Shown: positions 9,389 to 15,918, counted from the stretch's first letter. The stretch is 64,000 nt of DNA from Oscillospiraceae bacterium (GCA_009787625.1 WQSX01000011.1:5842-69841); one strand, 5' to 3'. Notes: generated from the letters alone by a model not told the origin. Numbers and translations: made by a program.

Positions 9389-9394
9389 AAAAAT

Positions 9395-9423
9395 AGAATA
9401 CCACACCCACCCCGATTTGTCAA
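9395..9423 (-). promoter_or_regulatory. promoter of the candidate antitoxin sRNA
   Basis: Minus strand reads TTGACA-aatcggggtgggtgtgg-TATTCT (17-nt spacer). Confidence 0.55.
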
Positions 9424-9499
9424 TTATGAAATTGTTTGCATTTCTCGCCGTCCGTAAGGACGGCTTTCTGAATAGCATGTTTATTTTGTCTAGAACCTC

Positions 9500-10141
9500 T
9501 CAACTGAACAGGTCGAGTGTAAAGTCTTTAGATTCAAAAAATATCAAGCCTACAGCTGTATGCCTCATTGAAAAACCAAAGCTAAATCGTGCATTGTCTC
9601 CATTGCTGTTTGTAAACCTATATCTAGCGGTGAATGAGAGATTGCCATTTTCGACCAATGCATCTTCGAGTGCATCAAGCAACTCTTCTTCACTAATTTC
9701 CACAACATCAGAACCATCAATGGAACGGGTAATAACCCTACTGTCTGCGAAGTGAATATCATAGGCTATGTATCCTACAAAGTGTTCAAGATCAACAATA
9801 TCAAAAATATAATTCACACGAGACACCCTATTGCTATTATTTAGTGATAATGTTACGGTAGAGAACCTACTGTCAAGAATTATGTTTTTTCGCAAGACAT
9901 CACGGTCAATAATATCGGTGTCGTTAAACCACCCTGAAATATCGCTAAAATCATCTCTATGTGCATTTATTATCATTGTTGAGATCTCCGAAAGTTCGTG
10001 AGCATTTAAAGACGTACTCAAATTTGATAATCGTGTGTCAAAATCTCTTGCAGAAATTGCGGAAATCGGCTCTGGTGTGCAAGCCGTTATGAGAACGGTA
10101 GACAATATCGCTAAAAGCAAAACGAACGCACATTTTTTCAC
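9500..10141 (-). CDS. prophage lipoprotein (candidate superinfection-exclusion factor)
   Basis: GTG start with GAGGAG upstream. Signal peptide plus lipobox 'VLITAC'. Lies 21 nt downstream of cI on the same strand, so probably co-transcribed in lysogens. Confidence 0.7.
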   Translation of the reverse strand: MKKCAFVLLLAILSTVLITACTPEPISAISARDFDTRLSNLSTSLNAHELSEISTMIINAHRDDFSDISGWFNDTDIIDRDVLRKNIILDSRFSTVTLSLNNSNRVSRVNYIFDIVDLEHFVGYIAYDIHFADSRVITRSIDGSDVVEISEEELLDALEDALVENGNLSFTARYRFTNSNGDNARFSFGFSMRHTAVGLIFFESKDFTLDLFS

Positions 10142-10162
10142 AATAAATTTCTCCTCTTATTT

Positions 10163-10840
10163 TTATTTCACATCACTCTGAAAAGCAACAGCTTTTCCAA
10201 GTATGCGTATGTTGACATCTTCACCGAGTTCAAACTCAATATCGGAGAATGCGGGGTTTTCGGCTTGTAATACAACGTGGTTGCCGTATTGCCTAAACCT
10301 CTTTAGTGTCGCCTCGTCATCAATGAGTACGACCGCAATTTCACCTTGATTAACTGTTGGTTGCTTTCTTACAAAAACAATATCGCCGTCATGTATGCGG
10401 GCGTTTATCATGCTATCGCCTTTGACCCTGAGTGCAAAGTCCGCTTTAATTTCTGCCCCACACTCAACATAGTAATTGAAATCCTCATCTGCAAATATAG
10501 GTTCACCTGCGGCAATAGTGCCAAGCAGGGGAATTTTTTTTGTTTCAAGACCTTTTAGTCCTTGCTTTCTTCGCTCAATAATAAAATCGCCTGACATCTT
10601 CAAACCCATTTCCACAGTTCCCTCAAGCTCCACTTCGCGCACCCAGCCCATTAGGTGAGCAGGCGTGGTATTGAGTGCTTTTGCAAACGCTTCAATTTTT
10701 GATTGGGGTATGTCCACTTTTCCCGCTTCAATTTTTGCAATGGCTGACCTATCCCTATATCCCATTTTCTCAGCGAGTTCTTCTTGAGATAATCCGAGTT
10801 CGGTTCGCCTGTTTTTGATGTTTTCAAAATAATCATTCAC
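10163..10840 (-). CDS. CI/LexA-like phage repressor (XRE HTH + S24 peptidase)
   Basis: HTH 'LGLSQEELAEKMGYRDRSAIAKIE'. S24 'VKGDSMINARIHDGDIVFV ... ATLKRF' (Ser-Lys dyad). GTG at 10840 is preceded by GGGGGTGA. The track ORF extends upstream to 10960. Confidence 0.88.
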   Translation of the reverse strand: MNDYFENIKNRRTELGLSQEELAEKMGYRDRSAIAKIEAGKVDIPQSKIEAFAKALNTTPAHLMGWVREVELEGTVEMGLKMSGDFIIERRKQGLKGLETKKIPLLGTIAAGEPIFADEDFNYYVECGAEIKADFALRVKGDSMINARIHDGDIVFVRKQPTVNQGEIAVVLIDDEATLKRFRQYGNHVVLQAENPAFSDIEFELGEDVNIRILGKAVAFQSDVK

Positions 10841-10864
10841 GATGTCACCCCCTATGTAGGCGTA

Positions 10865-10893
10865 ATTATAAGCGGTTTGTGAATATAAGTCAA
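10865..10893 (-). promoter_or_regulatory. repressor (lysogenic) promoter
   Basis: Minus strand reads TTGACT, 17 nt, TATAAT. Confidence 0.65.
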
Positions 10894-10921
10894 CATATTT
10901 TTGTTTTTTTGCAAAAAAGTG

Positions 10922-10964
10922 TTGACAAACATTCACGGTTAGTGTTATAGTGAATATCATTCAC
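10922..10964 (+). promoter_or_regulatory. early lytic promoter plus operator GTGAAT-N3-ATTCAC
   Basis: TTGACA (10922-10927), 18 nt, TGtTATAGT (10943-10951). A 6-3-6 palindrome GTGAATatcATTCAC sits at 10950-10964, with an extra ATTCAC half-site at 10931-10936. Confidence 0.65.
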
Positions 10965-10980
10965 GCAGGAGGTTAGAATC

Positions 10981-11187
10981 ATGACAGATACAAAAGCACT
11001 ACGAGAAACCATTGAAAGTTCCGGTATGAAGTATAAACATATTGCGGCATCTGTAGGGCTTACACCCTACGGATTGCAAAAGAAAATCGATAATGACTCA
11101 GAGTTCAAGGGTAGTGAAATCGCAAAGCTGTGCCAATTGCTAGGGCTTTCTATCTACGATAAGGAACGTATATTTTTTTCTCACTGA
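10981..11187 (+). CDS. Cro-like small HTH protein
   Basis: 68 aa, divergent from cI. 'MKYKHIAASVGLTPYGLQKKI' is an HTH-like segment. Position is typical of cro. Confidence 0.65.
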   Translation: MTDTKALRETIESSGMKYKHIAASVGLTPYGLQKKIDNDSEFKGSEIAKLCQLLGLSIYDKERIFFSH

Positions 11188-11188
11188 C

Positions 11189-11216
11189 GTGAATTAAATT
11201 CACTATTGTGTTATAG
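11189..11216 (+). promoter_or_regulatory. second operator GTGAAT-TAA-ATTCAC plus duplicated TGTTATAGTGAA -10-like element
   Basis: 11189-11203 repeats the 6-3-6 operator. 11208-11219 repeats the TGTTATAGTGAA string of the early promoter. Confidence 0.5.
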
Positions 11217-11234
11217 TGAACACCAAAACAGCAA

Positions 11235-11263
11235 GCAATAATATTATTTAGGAGGTAGAGCGG
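11235..11263 (+). repeat. conserved early-gene leader, copy 1 (divergent)
   Basis: gcaataatattatttaggaggtagagcgg immediately before GTG 11264. Confidence 0.8.
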
Positions 11264-11488
11264 GTGAATGAGGCTAAGTCAGTTTATATTTTCAAATCGA
11301 GAGTCGGGTTGAAAGATGAAGACATGGATATTTTACGCGAAAGACTCCTAGAAGAAATTCGGCAAGGTGTAGTTTTCCTTGATCAAAGAATGGAATTTGT
11401 CAAACACGAATTTGTGATAGATGGCGTTGAGGTGGAGTTGCAGTTTGTTGCAAGGGAATCAGGCCCGGAGTTCAAAGATGATTGTTAG
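11264..11488 (+). CDS. hypothetical early protein (74 aa)
   Basis: GTG start 8 nt after the GGAGG of leader copy 1. No family recognised. Confidence 0.55.
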   Translation: MNEAKSVYIFKSRVGLKDEDMDILRERLLEEIRQGVVFLDQRMEFVKHEFVIDGVEVELQFVARESGPEFKDDC

Positions 11489-11779
11489 CACCAAAGCGGC
11501 AATAGCAATGGCGGTTGTAATCCACCACCGAAAGTCACTAGCTCTTTCTTTAGTGTATTGTTCCAAAAACTCAATGCCGTTTTTATTCGCTTTTAAAGTA
11601 GTTTCGGGGTAATCTTTTTTCTGGTCAAAAGTTACGTGCTCGTAAAATTCCCCGTCAAAAAACTCAGTATAATCAAATTTTTTAAAGGTAAGCCCCAGTT
11701 TCAGTTTTTTGTTAAGATATCGCATCGAGCGGGGCTTGTGCCAGCACAAGCGAAGAGCTTTAATTTGTTTTTTTGTCAT
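11459..11779 (-). CDS. antisense-oriented small protein with C-terminal TM anchor (moron candidate)
   Basis: 106 aa. AAGGTGG 8 nt upstream of the ATG. C-terminal 'WWITTAIAIAALVLTIIF'. Extended -10 TGaTATACT at 11804-11812 (minus). Confidence 0.6.
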   Translation of the reverse strand: MTKKQIKALRLCWHKPRSMRYLNKKLKLGLTFKKFDYTEFFDGEFYEHVTFDQKKDYPETTLKANKNGIEFLEQYTKERASDFRWWITTAIAIAALVLTIIFELRA

Positions 11780-11830
11780 AAGAGTGCACCACCTTTCGGA
11801 GGTAGTATATCACAAAGCAAACAGTAATGG

Positions 11831-11865
11831 CAGTAAGCATTAATATTAATTAGGAGGTAGAGCGG
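11831..11865 (+). repeat. conserved early-gene leader, copy 2
   Basis: cagtaagcattaatattaattaggaggtagagcgg, preceded by a further CAGTAA. Confidence 0.85.
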
Positions 11866-11867
11866 AG

Positions 11868-12047
11868 ATGAGTGAGTCTGTAGTGAATAATCGATATGCA
11901 ACGAGAAACGCAACACTTGAAAAAATGTACGAGTGGTTAGAGCGGGTAGTTGATGCAAAGGAAAAGGCAACCCCGGAAGAGTTGAACGCTCTCCCAAAAG
12001 TTGCCAAAATCCTTGTTATCAATCTCCCCATTGTAAGTGAAAGATAA
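11868..12047 (+). CDS. hypothetical early protein (59 aa, below track cutoff)
   Basis: ATG lies 10 nt after the GGAGG of leader copy 2. Manual translation: MSESVVNNRYATRNATLEKMYEWLERVVDAKEKATPEELNALPKVAKILVINLPIVSER. Confidence 0.5.
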   Translation: MSESVVNNRYATRNATLEKMYEWLERVVDAKEKATPEELNALPKVAKILVINLPIVSER

Positions 12048-12056
12048 TCTCGAATT

Positions 12057-12218
12057 TTAATTTTTTTCATCTTCTAATTTGCTGATGGCCTTGTGTACTT
12101 CTTGGATTGCTTGAGTTAAATTGTCGAGGTGTATTTTGTCGAGGTGTGTTTTGCCGTTAGAAGCGGATAAGTAAGAGCAAACGATTTCGGCGGTGAGTTC
12201 TTTATCAGTTTTCGGCAT
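12057..12218 (-). CDS. antisense-oriented 53-aa protein with its own promoter (moron candidate)
   Basis: AAGGAGG upstream of ATG 12218. Promoter TTGAAA (12284-12289), 17 nt, TATACT (12261-12266) on the minus strand. 'ELTAEIVCSYLS' faintly recalls the Ros/MucR N-terminal motif (weak). Confidence 0.55.
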   Translation of the reverse strand: MPKTDKELTAEIVCSYLSASNGKTHLDKIHLDNLTQAIQEVHKAISKLEDEKN

Positions 12219-12300
12219 TGAAAAAATCCTCCTTTCTGCATTATTTTTATTTGCAAATTGAGTATACACCAGCGAGGGGGATTTTTCAAATATAGTGGGA

Positions 12301-12335
12301 CAGTAAGCATTAATATTATTTAGGAGGTAGAGCTG
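12301..12335 (+). repeat. conserved early-gene leader, copy 3
   Basis: cagtaagcattaatattatttaggaggtagagctg. Confidence 0.85.
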
Positions 12336-12338
12336 GAT

Positions 12339-12641
12339 ATGGAAGTGATAGTAAAAGGTGAGCCAAAAGAAATAGCCGCCCTCGTAGTGGCATTACAAGA
12401 GCGGCAGGATATGACGGTTGAGAATGAAAATTCAATGGAAGTTCCTTTAGATGGCAAGATAGATCTTACTGCATTAGTTGACCGTGGCATTTTAACACCA
12501 AACGAAGTTAGGGAATGGCTTGGGCTTGGTTCGATATCAAATGGTGATGAGCGAATTATCCGCCGCGATTATGTCTCATTGGAAATGATGGACATGCGAG
12601 ATAAAGAAATACAGGCTCACACAGCAAATTTGATTAAATAA
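12339..12641 (+). CDS. 100-aa protein whose C-terminal half is a paralog of the portal C-terminus
   Basis: 'VDRGILTPNEVREWLGLGSISNGDERIIRRDYVSLEMMDMRDKEIQ' aligns with portal 'IDRGVVVPNEARKLWGLEPLEGGDERILRRDYVSALMMDMRDLEIQ' (about 55% identity by eye). Confidence 0.7.
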   Translation: MEVIVKGEPKEIAALVVALQERQDMTVENENSMEVPLDGKIDLTALVDRGILTPNEVREWLGLGSISNGDERIIRRDYVSLEMMDMRDKEIQAHTANLIK

Positions 12642-12650
12642 ATCAATCGA

Positions 12651-12797
12651 GCCGTAAAAGTGAAGTACCTGCAACGGCAAAAACACGTAAAGCACCAGCG
12701 ACTGGAACGACTGATGCTCGTGCCTCGTTTTTGTTTACCTGAACCCCGCATTAAATTGCGTTAACATCCAGTTTGACAGGTGCTTCACTTTTGCGGC
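12651..12797 (+). ncRNA. candidate structured RNA / cis-regulatory element in an ORF-free 300-nt gap
   Basis: A 21-bp long-range helix joins 12651-12671 and 12777-12797. Its only two non-Watson-Crick pairs are U.G on the + strand (C.A on the - strand). It encloses a terminator-like hairpin (12692-12723) with U-tract 12724-12736. Confidence 0.45.
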
Positions 12798-12942
12798 TTG
12801 AGGTTCCCGCATGGCCCTTGCATTAGCCGTTGTCAGGTACAAGGTAATTCATTAGGCTGCTCATAGCAAGCATCCTCCTTCCTTACCCATATCGGGCAAC
12901 AAAAGGATACCACAAGCCGCAAAATAAAACAAGCAGTAACGA

Positions 12943-12977
12943 CAGTAAGCATTAATATTATTTAGGAGGTAGAGCGG
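12943..12977 (+). repeat. conserved early-gene leader, copy 4
   Basis: cagtaagcattaatattatttaggaggtagagcgg, preceded by CAGTAAcga as in copy 2. Confidence 0.85.
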
Positions 12978-12979
12978 AG

Positions 12980-13246
12980 ATGCCGGCAAGAACGAGAGCA
13001 ATGACAGTTAAAGAAGCGGTGCTGCACTTGGGTGGCATGTCGGAGGCTACACTAAAAACGTGGCTAAAAGCCGCATACGAAATGAAAGCAAAGCCATGTC
13101 CGTTTGGCGATGCCGTTCTCAGTGCAAAAGGCGAGTGGCAATACTACATACACCCGGAACGGTTACACGCTTATATGAGCGCCAGAGATTTAACCTTGAC
13201 GGCACAGGTTGAGCCAATAACGGACATCCGGGTTCAAGTGAGTTAG
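12980..13246 (+). CDS. small putative HTH DNA-binding protein (excisionase/MerR-like)
   Basis: 88 aa. 'MTVKEAVLHLGGMSEATLKTWL' resembles HTH_17-type excisionase motifs. The functional call is weak. Confidence 0.5.
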   Translation: MPARTRAMTVKEAVLHLGGMSEATLKTWLKAAYEMKAKPCPFGDAVLSAKGEWQYYIHPERLHAYMSARDLTLTAQVEPITDIRVQVS

Positions 13247-13279
13247 TGAAAAATCTTTGCAGAGGAGAAATCAAAAACC

Positions 13280-13495
13280 ATGAATCAACCAACACCGGGG
13301 ATTATCCCCTTAAAAGATTTAAAAACATCAAAAAATTTCCCTCTGCGCACCCACCCGCCAAACATAAAAAGCACGGTGCCAGCGCACGAAACCGAAAAAT
13401 CAACACAAGAGCGGTGGAATGTAATATTTAGAAAAGCGTTCAACGAACCCGATTTTGCACGTGCCGCCACTCACTCATCAAATCAGAAGATTTAG
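13280..13495 (+). CDS. hypothetical protein (71 aa)
   Basis: Track ORF with a weak, distant GAGGAG. Competes with the overlapping frame 13246..13431. Confidence 0.3.
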   Translation: MNQPTPGIIPLKDLKTSKNFPLRTHPPNIKSTVPAHETEKSTQERWNVIFRKAFNEPDFARAATHSSNQKI

Positions 13496-13514
13496 AGAAA
13501 GGCAGGGCCAAAAA

Positions 13515-13724
13515 GTGCCGAATAATTTTGAAAAATTCAGAGACGGGCTTACTGTTGAGCAGTTTGTAAAGATCTTTAAAAAGCACGTCTTATGTTACAA
13601 GTCAGAAAATCTATGCCCGGCAGAGGGCCTGTGCCAAGAGCTTGCTTATTCAGATGATCTAACATGCAGTGACGTGTTAGAAAAGTGGGCAACGGCAAGC
13701 GAAGATGGAGAGGTGCAGCCATGA
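13515..13724 (+). CDS. hypothetical protein
   Basis: In-frame GTG inside track ORF 13455..13724. The start is uncertain. Confidence 0.4.
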   Translation: MPNNFEKFRDGLTVEQFVKIFKKHVLCYKSENLCPAEGLCQELAYSDDLTCSDVLEKWATASEDGEVQP

Positions 13725-13900
13725 GCGAAGTAGAGAAATATCCACTTAGCGAAAATGCAGAAATGTTCACGAACCTATCAACGGATGCGCAGACAAAACT
13801 AGTCTGTGCATTCAACCGTGAGCAGATGCAATCATCAGAATCCCCGGAACTGTTGCGAGATGTGCTTATGGAGGTGCTGAAAGAGAGGTTTGGTATATGA
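13722..13900 (+). CDS. hypothetical protein (59 aa)
   Basis: ATG 13722 is preceded by GGAGAGGTG and overlaps the previous stop (ATGA). Lies inside track ORF 13685..13900. Confidence 0.5.
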
Positions 13901-14199
13901 GTAAAACGGCGTACTGCAAGTATTGCGGGAAAATGATTGATTTTATGAAAACCAAATCCGGTAAAAAAATGCCGGTTAACTTGCCGGGTGTGTATTACTT
14001 CCCGTGGATACATGGCAGAGACAAACTGGTTTTACCTTCAGGTGAAGTTATTCGCTGTGAGGTCAAGACCGAGGCGACTGAATCAGGGAACAAAGGATAT
14101 ATCCCGCACTTTGTGACGTGCTCAAGATACAAAAAAGACCACGTTCCAAAAAAGCCAAACAACAGGTCGATAGCCTTTAATCAAATGACGATGCTTTAG
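13897..14199 (+). CDS. hypothetical protein with N-terminal CxxC
   Basis: 100 aa. ATGA overlap with the previous gene. 'YCKYCGKMIDF'. Confidence 0.55.
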   Translation: MSKTAYCKYCGKMIDFMKTKSGKKMPVNLPGVYYFPWIHGRDKLVLPSGEVIRCEVKTEATESGNKGYIPHFVTCSRYKKDHVPKKPNNRSIAFNQMTML

Positions 14200-14228
14200 T
14201 AAATTAACTTAATGGGAGGAGTAAAGTG

Positions 14229-14357
14229 ATGAGTGAGTATTATTGTATCATCTGCGGAGTGCCTATATCGGAGGTCGCAGACCCAGAAGACCCCGACACT
14301 ATGTGCATCGACTGCCTTGAATTTTGTGTCGAGGGACTTGATGGAGCAGATGAATAG
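14229..14357 (+). CDS. 42-aa CxxC...CxxC zinc-ribbon-like peptide (below track cutoff)
   Basis: GGGAGGAG upstream. Manual translation: MSEYYCIICGVPISEVADPEDPDTMCIDCLEFCVEGLDGADE. Confidence 0.45.
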   Translation: MSEYYCIICGVPISEVADPEDPDTMCIDCLEFCVEGLDGADE

Positions 14358-14366
14358 GTACTAATC

Positions 14367-14756
14367 ATGTCGAAAAAAGCAATAGTCTGTGCATGTCCGG
14401 ATTGTGATCAAGTAATAGATGCAGGCGGAATGACGTTTCTCACGCAGGAAGATGCTGATAATCATGCAACCTTGAATTGCAGTTGCATGAAAGCAAAGAT
14501 AAAGGCGAGTGATATTAAAGCACTTGAAGTAACTGAGGAGTTGTTAGCTAAGGCATTGGGTGGAGAAGATGGCACTGAAAATGTCGAGCTTCGCGAAATG
14601 CTTTTAGAAGCCGCAAAGATAATACTTCGATACAAGATTGATTCTTGTGTGGTGCAAAAGGGGACCGTTAAAGTGCAATTGAAAAAGGGCACTAAATCAA
14701 AAATAGATATCGAGCGTATCGATACGACTAAACAAACATTTGCTGTGAGACATTAG
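14367..14756 (+). CDS. hypothetical protein (129 aa, Cys-rich N-terminus)
   Basis: Track ORF in the co-directional early operon. No family recognised. Confidence 0.55.
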   Translation: MSKKAIVCACPDCDQVIDAGGMTFLTQEDADNHATLNCSCMKAKIKASDIKALEVTEELLAKALGGEDGTENVELREMLLEAAKIILRYKIDSCVVQKGTVKVQLKKGTKSKIDIERIDTTKQTFAVRH

Positions 14757-14798
14757 ATAAGCTTAAAACAAAAAAAGGAAGTGGGTGCGGGGTGGATT

Positions 14799-15845
14799 AT
14801 GAGTAACAACCTAAGCTTCTCATATAAACGCTCAGTTATGGCACAAAAGCAATCATTACCGTATAACGCAAAAGTTATACATGCAGAACTTCGGGCGCGG
14901 GAATATGAAACATGGGCGGCTCAAAATGAAAAAAACACACACGTTTCAGTGGGTGGACTTGACAGTATTGTATTACTGGCTTTTTTACGAAACATAGGAA
15001 TAAACCCTCCCGCCATATCAGTTTCAAGCCTTGAAGATAAAAGCATACAAGCGGTACACACAGAAATGGGAGTTATATCGATACGACCGATTAAAAGCAA
15101 AGTTTCGGTAATTAAGGAATATGGATTCCCGGTTGTAAGTAAGTCGAAAGCATCTAAAATTGAGCATTTGCAAAAAATTGACAGCCCTAAACAAACATAT
15201 ATACATGCGATAATGACTGGAAAAATGGGAAAACAAGGCGGCTACAAGCATTCCGACAAGATAAAGCTGCCCGATAAATGGCTCAAACTTTTTGGAGGAA
15301 ACTATGCAGAAAAACGTCCCGATCTAGATTGTAAAACTGCACCGTTCAAAGTATCTGATAAATGTTGTTATTGGCTTAAAGAAAAGCCATGCGATGATTG
15401 GGCGGCACAATACAACAGCGTTCCATACTTAGGGCTTATGGCATCAGAGCATGGACAACGCGAACTAGGGCTAATAAAAAACGGATGTAACTATTATGGG
15501 AAAGCAGTGACACGAAGTTGCCCTTTTGCGATATTCACACGGCAAGACTTATTACAACTAGCCCTCGACCTGTCTGTAAAAGTTCCGGCAATTTATGGAA
15601 CGATAGAGCGGAAAGAGGATGGACAACTATACACCACAAGAGCGCAGCGGACGGGTTGCTCAATGTGTGGCTTCGGTATTCACGTAGAAAAACGACCACA
15701 CAGATTCGACAGGCTCAGAGAGGACAATTTAAAAGAATGGGAATACTGGATGCGCGAAATCGGGTGGGGCGAAGTTTTGGACTGGATAGGCATTGAATGG
15801 GAAAACGAGCCTCACCAAATAGCGGGACAACAATCATTATACTAA
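14799..15845 (+). CDS. PAPS-reductase-family (IbrA/DndC-like) protein
   Basis: PP-loop-like 'VSVGGLDSIVLLAFL'. C-terminal Cys cluster 'RTGCSMCGFGIH'. ATG 14799 is preceded by GGGGTGG. Confidence 0.65.
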   Translation: MSNNLSFSYKRSVMAQKQSLPYNAKVIHAELRAREYETWAAQNEKNTHVSVGGLDSIVLLAFLRNIGINPPAISVSSLEDKSIQAVHTEMGVISIRPIKSKVSVIKEYGFPVVSKSKASKIEHLQKIDSPKQTYIHAIMTGKMGKQGGYKHSDKIKLPDKWLKLFGGNYAEKRPDLDCKTAPFKVSDKCCYWLKEKPCDDWAAQYNSVPYLGLMASEHGQRELGLIKNGCNYYGKAVTRSCPFAIFTRQDLLQLALDLSVKVPAIYGTIERKEDGQLYTTRAQRTGCSMCGFGIHVEKRPHRFDRLREDNLKEWEYWMREIGWGEVLDWIGIEWENEPHQIAGQQSLY

Positions 15846-15918
15846 AAAAGCAGGCAACATTTGTGAGACATTAGAACCGCGTTAAAAAAGTGTCAAATTA
15901 AGAAAAGGAAGTGCCAAA

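Noticed and set aside
12823-12864. 13-aa minus-strand micro-ORF (MSSLMNYLVPDNG) with an AAGGAGGA RBS, as a possible leader peptide
   Set aside because: No credible minus-strand promoter lies upstream, and the long helix has C.A mismatches on that strand. The 'RBS' is more simply the complement of a plus-strand anti-SD (ATCCTCCTT) facing the downstream SD.
11235-12977. CRISPR-like array reading of the four 35-nt repeats
   Set aside because: The intervals between repeats are about 435-610 bp and contain protein-coding genes. The repeats end in an SD just before start codons, and no cas genes are present.
13246-13431. 61-aa ORF overlapping 13280..13495 in another frame
   Set aside because: It has a GTG start without an SD, and its Lys/His-rich composition looks non-protein-like. 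The alternative frame was retained at low confidence only.
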